Assembly: GCA_000934665.2 (NCBI GenBank)
Contig: JYFJ02001297.1
Span: forward strand, 62,001 to 98,934
DNA from: Catajapyx aquilonaris
Taxonomy: Eukaryota
DNA: 36,934 nt
Direction: 5' to 3'
This document shows, piece after piece, positions 11,229 through 25,613 of the stretch. The notes below the pieces were generated by a model, which did no database searches, was not told the origin of the DNA, and saw only the letters and a list, made by a program, of their open reading frames with translations. The position numbers and the translations under genes are program-made. Numbering within the stretch: the stretch's first letter is position 1; every line of letters begins with the position of its first letter.

Positions 11229-12632
11229 TACCGATTCCGGAGGTGGTATTATGTGACCAAGAAATACTGTCTACAATATTGACTTGTAGACAGTATTTGT
11301 TAATCACAAAATACACCACCTCCAATTCGGTAGGCCTACATGAATTACAGTGCAGGCCTGCACATCGTGCCATAAGCCACCTCAATGTCGAACACCTCCG
11401 GTGCGCTGTGCGGGGCGACAAATAGGCGGTACACATGGCATAAGCAGCGGAGGAAACAATACGTCCTGTTTGCTGTGTAAGTAGCCCGGCAGATGCAGCA
11501 GCTTCGTTGGGTGATACAGAGTCCACCAGAGTACTGGCGACCGACCCCTGTTAAATCCCTTGGAAAGGTACAGACCAGCGGAATTCCGAGCCAGATACCC
11601 TCACAAAGAGTGCCAACCCGAGGGGTTGTGGAAGGGCAGGGATATTTCTGACGGAAGCATTTCTTTGCTCTACGCTGTCGCTGAGACTCCTGTCTCGGCA
11701 GCGCTCATGTGGGATTTTGGCTGAAGAGAAGCGGTTTCCCTCCTCATTCATACCTGATTCCAGTGTTGGAACTAGCAATGGCAAGCACACTACGACCCTG
11801 CGACTACCGGATAATAGTCAGCCCTCCACACCCCAGAGTAGATAGTTGTGGGATGAAAAGTCCATTGAGTGGTCATGTGGTAATAGCTACTAACTAGTTG
11901 CTACTATTTGGCCGCTGAAACAACTGAAAAACCCACCCTATGTTTGCATTTCTTTTATAATGATTGTTACAGGTGATCAAGCATGTTTATTGCTAATGTT
12001 CCACCATGACTTCATTCAATGTATGTGGATTTGTTGCTATTCATTGCTCTGATGACGTCAAGCTATCTCATCTCCTTCGTCACATTTAATCCTCCCACCT
12101 AGCCATTAAATCTAATCTACTTCCTGTTTTTCAGTATGGCCTCCCAGGGTTAAATAATAGGCTATCAACACCCTGCTTTTCTGCCATTTTTCCTTTTTTG
12201 AGACTAGCACATGCCATACACTTTCTCAGATGCATTAGGTATAATTTTTTTCTGCTTAATTTGGTATGCAAAATGTAAGTCTCAACAATGGAGAAGGGGA
12301 TAAAGACACTGTACACTGTACAGCCTGGTTTGCTTGTGAGTTGTGCCTTGTGAGTTGGTGATATTAGGTTGTTGTTGTTGCAATGAAAGTTAGTGAATTT
12401 TTGTGGCTTCGCACTACTAAGGGACATGAAAATTTGTGCTGTGATATCTGTGGTTCTTAGGAATGGGTGTGGCTTTATCGTTTAGGTTTATGGCTGGTTT
12501 TATTCTGTCCAAATTCAGTGTTCACCTACTCTGCTTAGCATATTTATTGACTTGTTAAATTTGCTTGGGTACAGCAGGAGAGCTGCGCTGCACTTTTAGC
12601 CTGTTAAGTAGAAGTACTTAAGAAAAGAGACA

Positions 12633-13495
<863 letters not shown>

Positions 13496-13712
13496 TGACA
13501 ATGCAAAATGTAGGCCATTAATATTATCAATTCACTATGCAGCAATATGAACTTCAGAGAGATGGTTGCTATGTAGCGTCTTAGGAAGACTGACACGATG
13601 TTTGCTTGGAAAATTGTTAGCATTCATGTAAACCCAACACACTGTAGTACCTTGACAAGTGACACTCATGTGTGCCATGCAATGCTAGGGAGTTACCATA
13701 GACTGCATGGGA

Positions 13713-13934
13713 CAGTGGTTTCCAACCTTTTACCAACAGCATTTACCCCCTAAGCATGTTTCCATAAATGTGCAACCCCCCCTTCCCCCCGGCCCTTCAA
13801 AAACCGCCCCCTTCCCAGAAAACATACACTCTGTATGGCCGCAAAAATGATTCACTTGACACAGAAATTGCAAAAAAAAACAACGTTGAACCAAGGCTCG
13901 CGACCCCCCGCGACCCCCCGGTTGGAAACCACTG
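13713..13934. mobile_element. hAT-type MITE
   Basis: 15-bp TIR CAGTGGTTTCCAACC/GGTTGGAAACCACTG, 8-bp TSD GCATGGGA/GCATAGGA. Confidence 0.82.
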
Positions 13935-14031
13935 GCATAGGATGTCTTAGAAGAATTGACTAAGGGATGCACATGTGTGTGCCATGTGTACCCACATCCA
14001 CCAGTCACACTCCTTGTTACTTCTCCCTTAA

Positions 14032-15312
14032 CCCCTTGAGCCCCAGCCACCTAGAATCTAGATGCTGAGAACTCGACCGCCAGGTACCAGCTATACCTCC
14101 ATCGCCTAGATTCTTTTCGCTTCCGTTCCACTTGCAAATAAGGACAAGATATTTTACAAATAATAATAGCTATACTTTTACATTCGTGGTCTACATAATG
14201 CATGTTTTGGAAACAATTTTACTCGCATAGAAGTCCGTAAATTAATTTCCAAAAAGATCGCCGCACAGTATACCCACTATATTTCCGCCTAGATTTCCGC
14301 CTAGATTTTCTCTCATGTTCAACTTACAAGTACTCGGAAAGTAAGGGCAAGATATTTTACAAATAGTAACAGCTATACTTACCCATTCATGCAAAACGCA
14401 ACGTAGGTATTGGAAACAATTTTCCTTGGCTAAATGTCCTTAAATTAATTTCCAAAATGATCGCCGTAAAATGTGAAAATCCGAGTACTACAGGCCAACT
14501 GTTATGGTGATTTAATTATGAAATACGTTAAAATATGCGGAATAACAATCTTGAGAACCATGCCAGAAGACTTTGTTGAAATCATTGTTCAGTACTTTCC
14601 GAGAAATAAATTAATACTTTTCTGCAAATTGCCTGTCACTTCGGATTACTCCCAAATTTACTTGTTTCTCGAAAAGTACGACGATTTCAGCAAATCCATT
14701 TGGCATCCGTCTCAAAATTGTTATTCCGTATATGTTATCGTATTTCATAACTAAATCAGCCTAACAGTTGGCCGGCAGTACTCGAATTTTGGGTTTTTAC
14801 AACGATCTTTTTGGAAATTAATTTTCGGACCCCTGGGAGGGAAATTGTTTTCAACACATAACGTTTTCCCTGAACAGGTAAGTAGAGCTGTTATTATTTG
14901 TAAAATATCTTCGTATCTTCAGCGCACGAGTAAGCAGAAAACTAGGCAGTGGCGGGTATAGCTGGTACCTGGTGGTCGAGTTTTTAAAAAAATAATAATA
15001 ATAATGGATACCCCGCGATAGGCCTCCTTGGGCTTTTTAGGGGATCGTCTTTTAATTGACCGTCTTTAATCATTGCCTGTGCTGTGATGGATTTTGATTG
15101 TGGGAGGAAACGGGAACCCTGAGAAAACCCACGCGAACACGGAGAGAACCTATTGAAACTCTATCCACATAAGTATCCTCTGCGCGATCCGGGGATCGAA
15201 CTCGGGACCTTAGAGGTGGAAGGCTGTGGCGCTAACCACTCCGCCACTGTGCTGCCCATCCTGGTGGTCGAGTTCTCAGCGCCTAGATTCTAGGTGGCTG
15301 GAGCTCAGGGGG
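14032..15312. mobile_element. piggyBac-type foldback element, family A, copy 1 (interrupted by a SINE)
   Basis: TTAA 14028-14031 and 15313-15316; long TIR CCCCTTGAGCCCCAGCCACCTAGAATCTAG...; internal inverted arms homologous to 17885-18673. Confidence 0.82.
14983..15259 (-). mobile_element. tRNA-derived SINE, family 2 (V-domain-like), full length
   Basis: A/B boxes (GTGGCGGAGTGGTTAG, GAGTTCGATCC), V-like core, (ATT)n tail, perfect 15-bp TSD CCTGGTGGTCGAGTT (14968-14982 / 15260-15274). Confidence 0.9.
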
Positions 15313-16761
15313 TTAACCCAAAACTCACTATGAGCATGGATCGTTAAATTGAAAGGTGGCCAAAAACATAACCAGTGAATAGCGGAATGTGCTATAATAA
15401 AAATATAATATATCAGAATCACCAAATAAGTAGTAAGGAGGTCACTTCTTCCTGACACACCCTCTCCCACCGCAAATTGTCAACAGTGTCATCTGCTATC
15501 ATACTCAGCATGAGACTTGTCAGCTGTCACCATCTTGCTTGACTCACACTGTAAAGCCCTCCTACTACCAATCTGTAACACCACCAAAGTGGTGTGTACA
15601 CATCCTGAAGTGTCCCAAGTCTCGCAACTGTCTTCCTAACATCACAGTAATTTTGATCTCAGAACACTGTGCCGTATTCTTAAACGTCCCTTACCCCCAT
15701 TTTGGGATGGGTCAGTGAAAATAATCTGCTGAGAGGTTGTTGTTGTTGTGGTGGCTGTGATGAAAGAATGCTAAGTTCATGTCTGGGGTCAATCTGGATG
15801 GCTGTGCCAAATTGGGTTACAAAAGAAAGCATTCACTTGCTGATTTTGAGGCTCTTCACAGGGTGCAGTAGAGGAAAGTTTGGCTTTCCCCCCCTCCATG
15901 CTACACTGATGTCCGTGTCAGCTGGTAACCGCTTATTGCATATTAATATTACATGGGAAAATATGAATGGGCTTGCGAGGAGTTTTTTTTTTTTAAATCA
16001 CCCCACTCACAGCTTCATTTCCTGGCCACTCCATTGTCAGTCCATAACAAACCAGTGCAACTCCTATTCGTTTAACATGGCAATCCCAGTAACCTTAGAG
16101 CAGCATATCAGTAGTTTGGTGGGTTCCTGCTTCGCTGTAGTTTCGGTGCTCGTGCCGTTCCTTCAGTTCCTTCAACCCACTTCAACCGCAAGGCAGCACA
16201 CAGCGAAACTGGTGGCGGAACACGGAGGACCAAGACTCCCAAACTGCCAATTCAAATCTAGTCTAGTCTCCAAGGGCATGAGACTTCAAACCATGAATCG
16301 CACCCAATGCAAATCGGAAGGCACACTAAATGTGGAGAAGGATGCATGCTTATCACACCTCCACAAAGAACAATAATGCGGCTTGTCCTTTCGTTCCTTT
16401 GCACACTTCTGGGGCCTGTTCGCATCCATGTTCTCATCCATTCTAATAATAGTAATTGATTTGGTCGCTTGTCGGCTAGTGTCGCTCCTTGTCTTGTTGC
16501 AGGAGTGAGTGGGTGGGACTCTTATAAAGATCTGCGCGATAAGAGGGGGAGTTTCCAGACCTGAGTATTACTAGACTGTGGTGCATAAGCAACCCACCTT
16601 ACAATGCAGGTCATTGATGACTGATTAAGGGTATGAACTTACTAACTAGAGCAGAAAAAGTAATGTTCTTATAAGATTCTAAGACATATTTGCTGGTGTA
16701 TGTTTTCGATTTGGAATTAGTGCCCTCGTGCTTTTAACACTGGCAGTTTGGATTGCAATAA

Positions 16762-17121
<360 letters not shown>

Positions 17122-17124
17122 TAA

Positions 17125-17667
17125 CCCATATAACTATGTAGGTGGAGCCTGAGAGGCTCCAACCACTACTTAAACGCATGTAACTTTTTAACAAAATATT
17201 TTTTCCCTCTGTCCTTCCGTGACTTTGTCACAAAAATCTTCCTAAGCATGAAAAGAAGAAGAAAAAAATTTTTAGTCGCCAATCTTTGGCTGCAAAATAT
17301 TTGTAACGAGGAACAGGTCCCATCTTGGAGCCGCTCAGGCTCCACCTATGTAGTAAAAGGTGCTGGCATTTTAGGAGAGAGCATCTGAATAGGGAAAACG
17401 ACAGCATCACCCTTACTACGTAGGTGGAGCCTGAGCAGCTCCAGGTGGGACCTGTTCCTCGTTACGAATTTTTAAATGTCAGAATATGCTGACTCCGCGT
17501 GTGATTTTTACGTTTTCGGAAGCCTAATTATCTGAACTGCACTTTCTGTATATGAAAAGTCCAATATAACAATTGAGCTGATAAGCAGAGATTTAAATAT
17601 ACCATTGGAGCCGCTCAGGCTCCACCTACGTAGTTAAAGGTGTTTCAGCCACCTATGTAGTTAAGGG
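17125..17667. mobile_element. piggyBac-type MITE
   Basis: TTAA 17121-17124 and 17668-17671; CCC...TAACTATGTAGGTGG / CCACCTATGTAGTTAAGGG ends; four alternately oriented copies of GGAGCCGCTCAGGCTCCACCTAYGTAGT. Confidence 0.8.
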
Positions 17668-17884
17668 TTAAAAGACTACAATGTACCCCACAGGGGGGAA
17701 ATGACATTTAAAATATTAGGTACAATAAAACCTGCAGATAGCATAATTATTGCACAATCTACAGGGACCAGGGACAATGCTCCAGAATACATGGAATGGA
17801 TGATATGTACTAATAATTAAACTCTGATTTTTTTCTCTGTACCCATTCCTGACATGTAGTTGATGCAAATGCAATCACCCTTAA

Positions 17885-18673
17885 TCCCTTCAGCCCCAGA
17901 TCGGCCCGAACCACACAGTTCTTGGCTTACGCGTACTCCGAAGATACGGACAAGATATTTTGCAAATAATAACAGCTATACTTACGAGATCTGGGAAAAC
18001 CCTATGAATGTGTCTGGAACCATTTTACTCGTCTAGAAGTCCCTAAATTAATTTCCAAAAAAGGGCTATAATAACTCGAAATTGGACTACTGCCGCCCAA
18101 CTTTTAGGCTGATTTAATTATGAAATGCGTGAAAATATGCGGAATAACAACTTTGAGAACCATACCAGAGGAATTTGCTGAAATCGTCGTACTTTGCGAG
18201 AAATAAATTAATATTTATTTGCAGCTTTCTAGCACTTAGGAAAACTCCTAAATGAGTATGAGATGAATTTTCTGAAATCGTCGTACTTCATGAGAAACAA
18301 ATAAATTTGGGAGTTTTCCAAAGTGCCAGAAAGCCGCAAATAAGTATTAATTTATTTCTCGCAAAGCACGACGATTTCAGCAAATTCCTCTGGCATGGTT
18401 CTCAAGGTTGTTATTCCGCATATTTTCACGCATTTCATAATTAAATCAGCCTAAAAGTTGGGCGGCAGTAGTCCAATTTCGAGTTATTATAGCCCTTTTT
18501 TGGAAATTAATTTAGGGATTTCTAGACAAGTAAAATGGTTCCAGACACATTCATAGGGTTTTCCCAGATCTCGTAAGTATAGCTGTTATTATTTGCAAAA
18601 TATCTTGTCCGTATCTTCGGAGTACGCGTAAGCCAAAAACTGTGTGGTTCGGGCCGATCTGGGGCCGAAGGGG
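17885..18673. mobile_element. piggyBac-type foldback element, family A, copy 2 (789-bp near-perfect palindrome)
   Basis: TTAA 17881-17884 and 18674-18677; ~370-bp arms with few mismatches around a ~50-bp spacer. Confidence 0.9.
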
Positions 18674-18675
18674 TT

Positions 18676-19298
18676 AAAGGGCATGGGTTAAATCCTGATG
18701 TAAAAGTTGCGCCGTTGGATTTGGCTGAAACTTGGTCAGTTGATGGACCTTGACCTAAGGGCCAATTGTTCTGAAAGCCGAAGAAAATCTATGATGCCAT
18801 TTGGGCACATGAGGCACTCAAAGTCGGACTTTCACGGACTTTCAGGTGGTTCCTATCGGGCTAATTTTCATGTATGTTGTAGAGTTTCATGTGCTGAGTC
18901 GAATGAGCCACGTGGCGATATTCTGTGACAAACCATTTGGCAGTTATTGTTATGTTGCACTTACAATCCCAGTACCGTACAGTAGATACGGTAGGTGCAA
19001 GATCTGTTGTTGAACTCGGGTACGCATCTAGCAGCCAAATGGTTTGTCACAAAAATTCGTCACATGGCTCATTCGACTCAGCACATGAAACTCTACAACA
19101 TATATGAAAATGAGCCCGATGTGAGCCACCTGAAAGTCCGTGAAAGTCCGACTTTGAGCGCCTCTAGCAGCCAAATGCTACTGTTGATTTTCTTGGGCCT
19201 TCAGAACAATTGACCCTTAGGTCACAGTCCATCACTGACCAAGTTTCAGCCAAATCCAATGGTGCAACTTTCACATAAGGATTTAACCCATGTCCTTT
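18676..19298. mobile_element. Foldback element, family B, copy 2
   Basis: AAAGGGCATGGGTTAAATCC ... GGATTTAACCCATGTCCTTT; colinear with 8511-9134; abuts the preceding palindrome. Confidence 0.85.
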
Positions 19299-19890
19299 GT
19301 TAATTCATTGGGCTGACTTGCCAACACATATTAGCACTGTTGCGCTTGGGTAGTCCACGAGTGAACATTGTCAGTAACACCAACCTCCACTAGAAAGGGC
19401 AAAACGATTTTTATGTGACTGGTCACTGAAATATTTTAAGAGTTTCATGAAATTCCAAGAGATGTCAGTCGTCAGATACCACTGAAAAAGGCCACTATCT
19501 CCCCCAGACTCCAGTTGTCTTAGTTTCCTCAGCTCTTCTAATAAACCTAACGGAACAGACAACCAGTTTTTCTTTTTTCTGTATGTAGCATATATGTTTG
19601 CTCACTAATGCAATCATGTTGATGTTTTCACTAATGTCCAAGAAAATATTTTAGCAACCATCATTACCCCTGATGACTGACATCAAAGTTTGCTTGGAGT
19701 TCAGATAATCTACATGTGTTGAAATATCATTGCAACTCATTCATCCACAACAAACCCACGTAGGAATGAAAGTAGCTCCAGGAAACTTTTTGAAGTTACT
19801 GGAGTAACATGCATCCCGCCCTCTCTGTGTGAAAGTACATTACTCGGTGACCACAACGTCAAGTAATTTTGTCTTTTTGGTATGTTCCAG

Positions 19891-20063
19891 AGACCCCACC
19901 ACCAGCATACAGTCCACAGGAGGAGAGCCAGTCTGTCCCTCCTCCTCCTCCACCACCTCCTGCATCTGCTGTGCTAGCAGCTAACACCCAGCCACCAACA
20001 GATCAAAACAGCATGGACACATCAGTCACTCTGGGAAATGAAGTCTCACCTGTGCCATACCAG
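19891..20063 (+). CDS. Mad: Mad/Smad1/5 coding exon 3 (linker with PPAY motif)
   Basis: TTCCAG|(G)AG ACC = ETPPPAYSP...VPYQ; donor CAG|GTTAGC, phase 0; followed by a 64-nt intron. Confidence 0.93.
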
Positions 20064-20118
20064 GTTAGCTGCATCTCATTCCTGTTGCTATTTATATTGT
20101 TATTAACCTAATCCTTGA

Positions 20119-20568
<450 letters not shown>

Positions 20569-20690
20569 TAATAAGGAAGTAATTTTATTTAGATTATAGG
20601 GATGGCTGAATTTTTTTAGTGGCCTGCAAGAAGGTGATGAGATATAAATTTTTAATGGGCCATTTGCACAATATGATAAGGCTGTGTTGA

Positions 20691-20909
<219 letters not shown>

Positions 20910-22012
20910 GATCTTCAGGAATGCGCAGGCAGCCAAGATGGACACAGTCTGGGTGGAACACCAGAGAAATGTTATGCCGTGATTTTGGATTGCATAGAAG
21001 CACTTGGATTCTGTAGAAAGGCATCTTCTGGATTCTACCACATGGCCATTCATTCATTTGTCAACTCCTTCCTCATCATAGCATATAGAGTGTGTTTTTT
21101 TGGGCCCTGTCAATCAAAAAAGAAAATCTGGGCTTTTGTGATCTCATTGTAACTTTTTTAAAGCTTTGTGATTGTGGTAGCAGTTCTTTTGTGGTGGACT
21201 GAGTGTTTTTTTTTTCTTCTTGTCATGCCTGTATATCCATAATAGTTTGCAAGTCCGAGTAAGTTCTATTTGGAAAAATTGACAATCGAGAGTGAATATA
21301 TTATATATAATATACATAAGAAACTCCTTTGAACCTATCTGTACAAGGCTACTGGATGAAGTTTTAAAATTTGTTTTGGTTGTTGCCATTATAAGTGCAC
21401 TCTCTGCAAAATGTTTTGCAAGATCCACAACAATATTCATGCAGAAGGGAAAGTGCCTTTAATTCTACTTGACTGCACTTTTTTATAGTGTACTTGCCTG
21501 TGAATAAATTTTACCCAAGCATCAAATCATTCCCTACATCTGCTTTATGTTCAATTTTTGTGCCAAATTTATATTCCCTATGTTGCACAAGTCTAAGGGT
21601 GTTTTGTAATGATTGTTCCACCATTGAGGGGTGAATTCCCAGGGCCCAGGATGTCCTTTTGTGTAGAGGGATCAATTGGTCATAATATCTCATCAGTGAG
21701 ATCATTCGCTACTTATCATGCAATGTAATGTGTAATGGAAGATACACGATATGTGTCAAAAAATAGCCATGTTTTAAACTCAACCTCCCTGTAGCTATCC
21801 ACGCGTACAAAGGTGTGGATTGATTATAATTGAAGTGTTTGGTGCGAAAACCAGACGTGTCCACTTTTGTTTCTTTCGAGAAAAAAGAAAGAAAACTGAT
21901 TTTCTGTTTTTGCACCAAACCCTTCAATTAGGTAATCTATACACCTTGAACCCATGTGTGATGATGTTGCAGGGAATGTCATGTTTAGACTCCACCCAGT
22001 GCTAAGCATGTC

Positions 22013-22176
22013 CAGTGCTGGCCATTAATGGTGTTGTACTGGTAGCGCCACGAACTGATGGCAGCAGAAGAGCTCATTAAAGCGATGTATTGGTTACTAA
22101 ACGTCACTTTGATTTGCTCTTTTGCTGCCAGCGGCTCATGGCACCACCAATATGACACCATTAATGTCCAGCACTG
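22013..22176. mobile_element. Degenerate foldback MITE downstream of the Mad stop
   Basis: CAGTGCTGGCCATTAATGGTGT...GGCAGCAGAAGAGC vs GCTCTTTTGCTGCC...ACACCATTAATGTCCAGCACTG-TA. Confidence 0.7.
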
Positions 22177-23537
22177 TACCTCACATTCCAGCATGTTATG
22201 CTTCATGGTAAATGGCCCATTATCTCAAATGACACTAAAGAGGTGACCAAATGACGTTTGTACATGAAATTATCCCCTGACGCCCAGGAGCACAATGCTG
22301 TTGGAATCATCACGAAACACTAATACTGAATATGCAATGACATTTCCAGTAGCCTTTTAATGCATGTTTTATGAATCCCATGTGTACACTGAGTTACGAT
22401 AAGTATATTTTAAAGAGCCGTAGAGAAGTGATTGTTGTGGCAGAGCATTGTGGGCAGAACAGTTGCCAGTTGTTGGTTTTGTTGACTGGACAATTTCATT
22501 GCAGTCAGTCTAGGTTTTGTTCAGTAATGTCGCTCATAATGTGCCTTAAGTTTTGTTCCACAAGCCTACAGTTTTTGTTTCTTAGTTATGAATACTCATG
22601 TTTTTATTTGTTGGAAACTGTTGTCTTTGTGCTACTTGGCGCAGATTTATAAATGGCTATGAGAGAGGAAAGAAGGGTACTTGCTAGTTGCAAGACATTT
22701 AGTCCTTTTCCTGTACACGGCGAAAGGATAGTCCATATATTTTGCAGTGCTGGCATTGTTTGGCAAGAAAGTGGCTGGGTGTGTCATATACATTATGCTA
22801 TCTCAGCGCTAGTGAACCCAGTCAAAAGTAGGCGAAAAAAAATTGCAGTGGATGGCTGTGTAATTTCAGGACAGGTGAGAGAACTAGGGATATATGACAT
22901 CAATTTTGCCGTCCATTACATCAAAGGTGGTAAAATTTGCCAGTGTTGTGTAATTTAATAGCGGTCCCGTAACTTGCAGGTAAAGGTGGTACATGTGCCC
23001 AGATCATAAGCATGCACCATTGGTGTATCAGTTTTACATGGCACTCACCTTACCCTGTCGTAATAAGATAATAATTTGAAGACCACAACTGCAAGTCCCC
23101 TTTCTTCCTAAGGAAAGCAACTATGATAGAGACGAATTAGATGACTAGCACTGTAGGGCAATTGTGCCTTTATCTAGTATTAAGCAAGCTTAATGTGTGC
23201 AAAGTTTTGGGAACAGAAGTTGAGTTTGCTGGACCAAAAGATTTTTTAATGCACAGGTGCCTTTTTTCTTTTCTGTCACATTCGTGTTTCCAACCTAGCG
23301 ATTTTGCTAATCGGGAGCCTCCTAAACGATGTGAGATGCCTTGAGCATCACAAACGAAAGATTTCTTGCATGTGAATTCTTGGAACCGAGTTTTCAGCTT
23401 GTGCTTTTTTTGAGATGAAATCTATTCTTTATTTTGATTGAATCTACTCCTACCTTCAATGGTTGCTGTCGCTTTTGCAATAAAAGGAACTTCCTTGAAG
23501 TATGCGTCATTTGATTGAACAACTAGTATCAGATGTA

Positions 23538-23675
23538 CTATCGGGTTCAAATACTTTAGGCCACTTTATCCTGGTCTTGAACCCTTCACACAAACACACC
23601 TTAATAACATGGGGTCTGTGCGAAGGGTTGCTTCAAGACCAGGATAAAGTGGCCAAAAGTATTTGAACCCGATAG
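23538..23675. mobile_element. Tc1/mariner-type hairpin MITE (TA TSD)
   Basis: TA-CTATCGGGTTCAAATACTTTAGGCCACTTTATCCTGGTCTTGAA ... TTCAAGACCAGGATAAAGTGGCCAAAAGTATTTGAACCCGATAG-TA. Confidence 0.85.
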
Positions 23676-24606
23676 TACTTGACATGTTGTACATGTGGTA
23701 ATAATAATATTTGAGCTTTGAGTTCATGTATGTTAATTGAAGGAAATGTGGCAAGACATGCTTGCCAAAATCACCTTTGAACTACAACTGTATTTATTAT
23801 GATTGGATTAAAATTGTTAGGTGGCATATACAAATGAATGTGCTAATTGGCATGTTCAGCAAAATTATTTTTCCATAACATGTAAGACTAATGTAAACAT
23901 GGGAAGTGATGCAAGGGCATTTCATTAAGTAATGAAAGGTATTTATTTTTGCTTCCTGCATTGCATTTTTTCGAAAATTGAAAGATGCATGTGAAAACCT
24001 TTGTGATTTAGTCTATGTCTCCATTAGATATTGTGGATATGCATATCTGCAGCTGAAAAAGGAGCAAAATGAATATGGCCAGGTTGTAACTGTCTGCCTT
24101 TATATTCTGGGTCTCACATGTATGTTATAAAGCACATTGGGAAAAATTCAAATCTACCTGAAAATGAGAAAAGGCTTCTTGGCTGTGATGTCACATGCAG
24201 AAGGCTCTGGGCTGTCACACTTTATCTATATGCGTCAACCTCCAAAAGACAATAAAAATTAACACAAATTTGATGCCATTTTTGATGTGTTAATGGGCAC
24301 AAAAAATGTAGTGAGAATTTCAATTCAGAATTACCATATGTGTTCTCCTGATCTCCAGCTTTGACATCTGCAATAATAATGCATCACACTTTAATAGTGT
24401 GAATGAAGAGTGAGCTGAAAATATACGAACCTTCCTACAGAGAAGGGGAAGATTTTTAAATATGCAGGGTGGCTGTCTAACTTGGCAGTCTCTCCCTCCC
24501 TCACTCCCAGCCAATGGCTGAAAAGTCCTAAATGGTGCCAACACATGTGTACAGTACATGGAATGTGTATTATATTGCCATTCAAGGTTTACTTTAAGAT
24601 GTTTTA

Positions 24607-24672
24607 GGGGCGTCATGGTGGTGTAGTGGGTAACGCCACAGCCTTCCTCCTCTAAGGTCCCGAGTTAGACCC
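24607..24672 (+). mobile_element. Truncated SINE family 2 head
   Basis: GGGGCGTCATGGTGGTGTAGTGGGTAACGCCACAGCCTTCCTCCTCTAAGGTCCCGAGTT matches the heads at 5954 and 15259. Confidence 0.65.
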
Positions 24673-25613
24673 AATTAATAAGGGTATGTGGATCGAAATG
24701 CAATATTGGAGGAATAAAGTTAGCAGTCGCCAAATGAGGCGACAAGGCATCTTTTTGTGGTCACCAATGGATAGTCCGCGACTGGCTACAGGCTAATTTA
24801 GAACACTCCACTGGTGTGAAAACACTTCCACATAATGATTTTAATCAGGTAATGCCAGTACTGTTAGCCAACCTGTTGCGGAGCAGTGAATAAAAGTTTG
24901 TCCTGTAAGAAATTATCATATTATTTTTATTCAGAATGTACAGACAGAGAGGAAGTTTGTGTCTTTGTGGCACTAGTCCTATGCAACCTGAACAATGTTT
25001 ATTACTGTGAGAGAATTCCACATTCGCACTTACCCCATATCGCGGGGCAAGTGCAGCACCATGTTTTAATTAATTTTCGAAGCACCCATATATAGATGTA
25101 TGTTATGCAATAGAGGCCACTTGATTGGAAAGTCAATAAGGTAAGACATATTGTCCATTACTTTTTTTTTTCCTCACTTGCTAATTAGTGAGGCAGTAGC
25201 AAGTCTTTAAACTGCACCTAATCAAAATCAGTCCACAGCACTTGCCCCGCTTTACCTAACTTATATCTCTTCGTTTCTTGCCTGCCAGAATCACTTTCAT
25301 GCAAAAACACACAGGCAAGGTCACCAGTTACACTTGAACATCGTATATAAATAAATAAATATTAAATAATCAAGTCAAGGCCACCTGTAACGTGCAATGA
25401 AATAAATGCAGCATCAGTGTTATTTACAGCACAACCATGAGAGTGGGTATAGTGCACAACCCGACTAGGGTAACAAAATGGCTACACTCTGTCTTTTAAA
25501 GTTAGGAATTATTATTTTCACTTTTGTTGTCTCTAATAAGCAGGTCATATCAATAACATAATATCCAAGACGTAAAAATCAGAGTGTGTGGGACAAATGT
25601 GCGATGTATGAAT

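Noticed and set aside
11554..11844. ~97-codon stop-free + frame containing GCGRAGIF (PTP-loop-like)
   Set aside because: No ATG or convincing splice sites, and it lacks the HCxxGxxR context.
16155..16169. 15-mer CCGTTCCTTCAGTTC shared (inverted) with the MMP 5' flank 27292-27306
   Set aside because: About one 15-mer match is expected by chance in a 37-kb self-comparison (37000^2/4^15 is ~1.3).
15702..16376. 224-aa + strand ORF in the Mad intron
   Set aside because: Non-ATG start, runs through homopolymers and microsatellite, no recognisable domain; probably chance.
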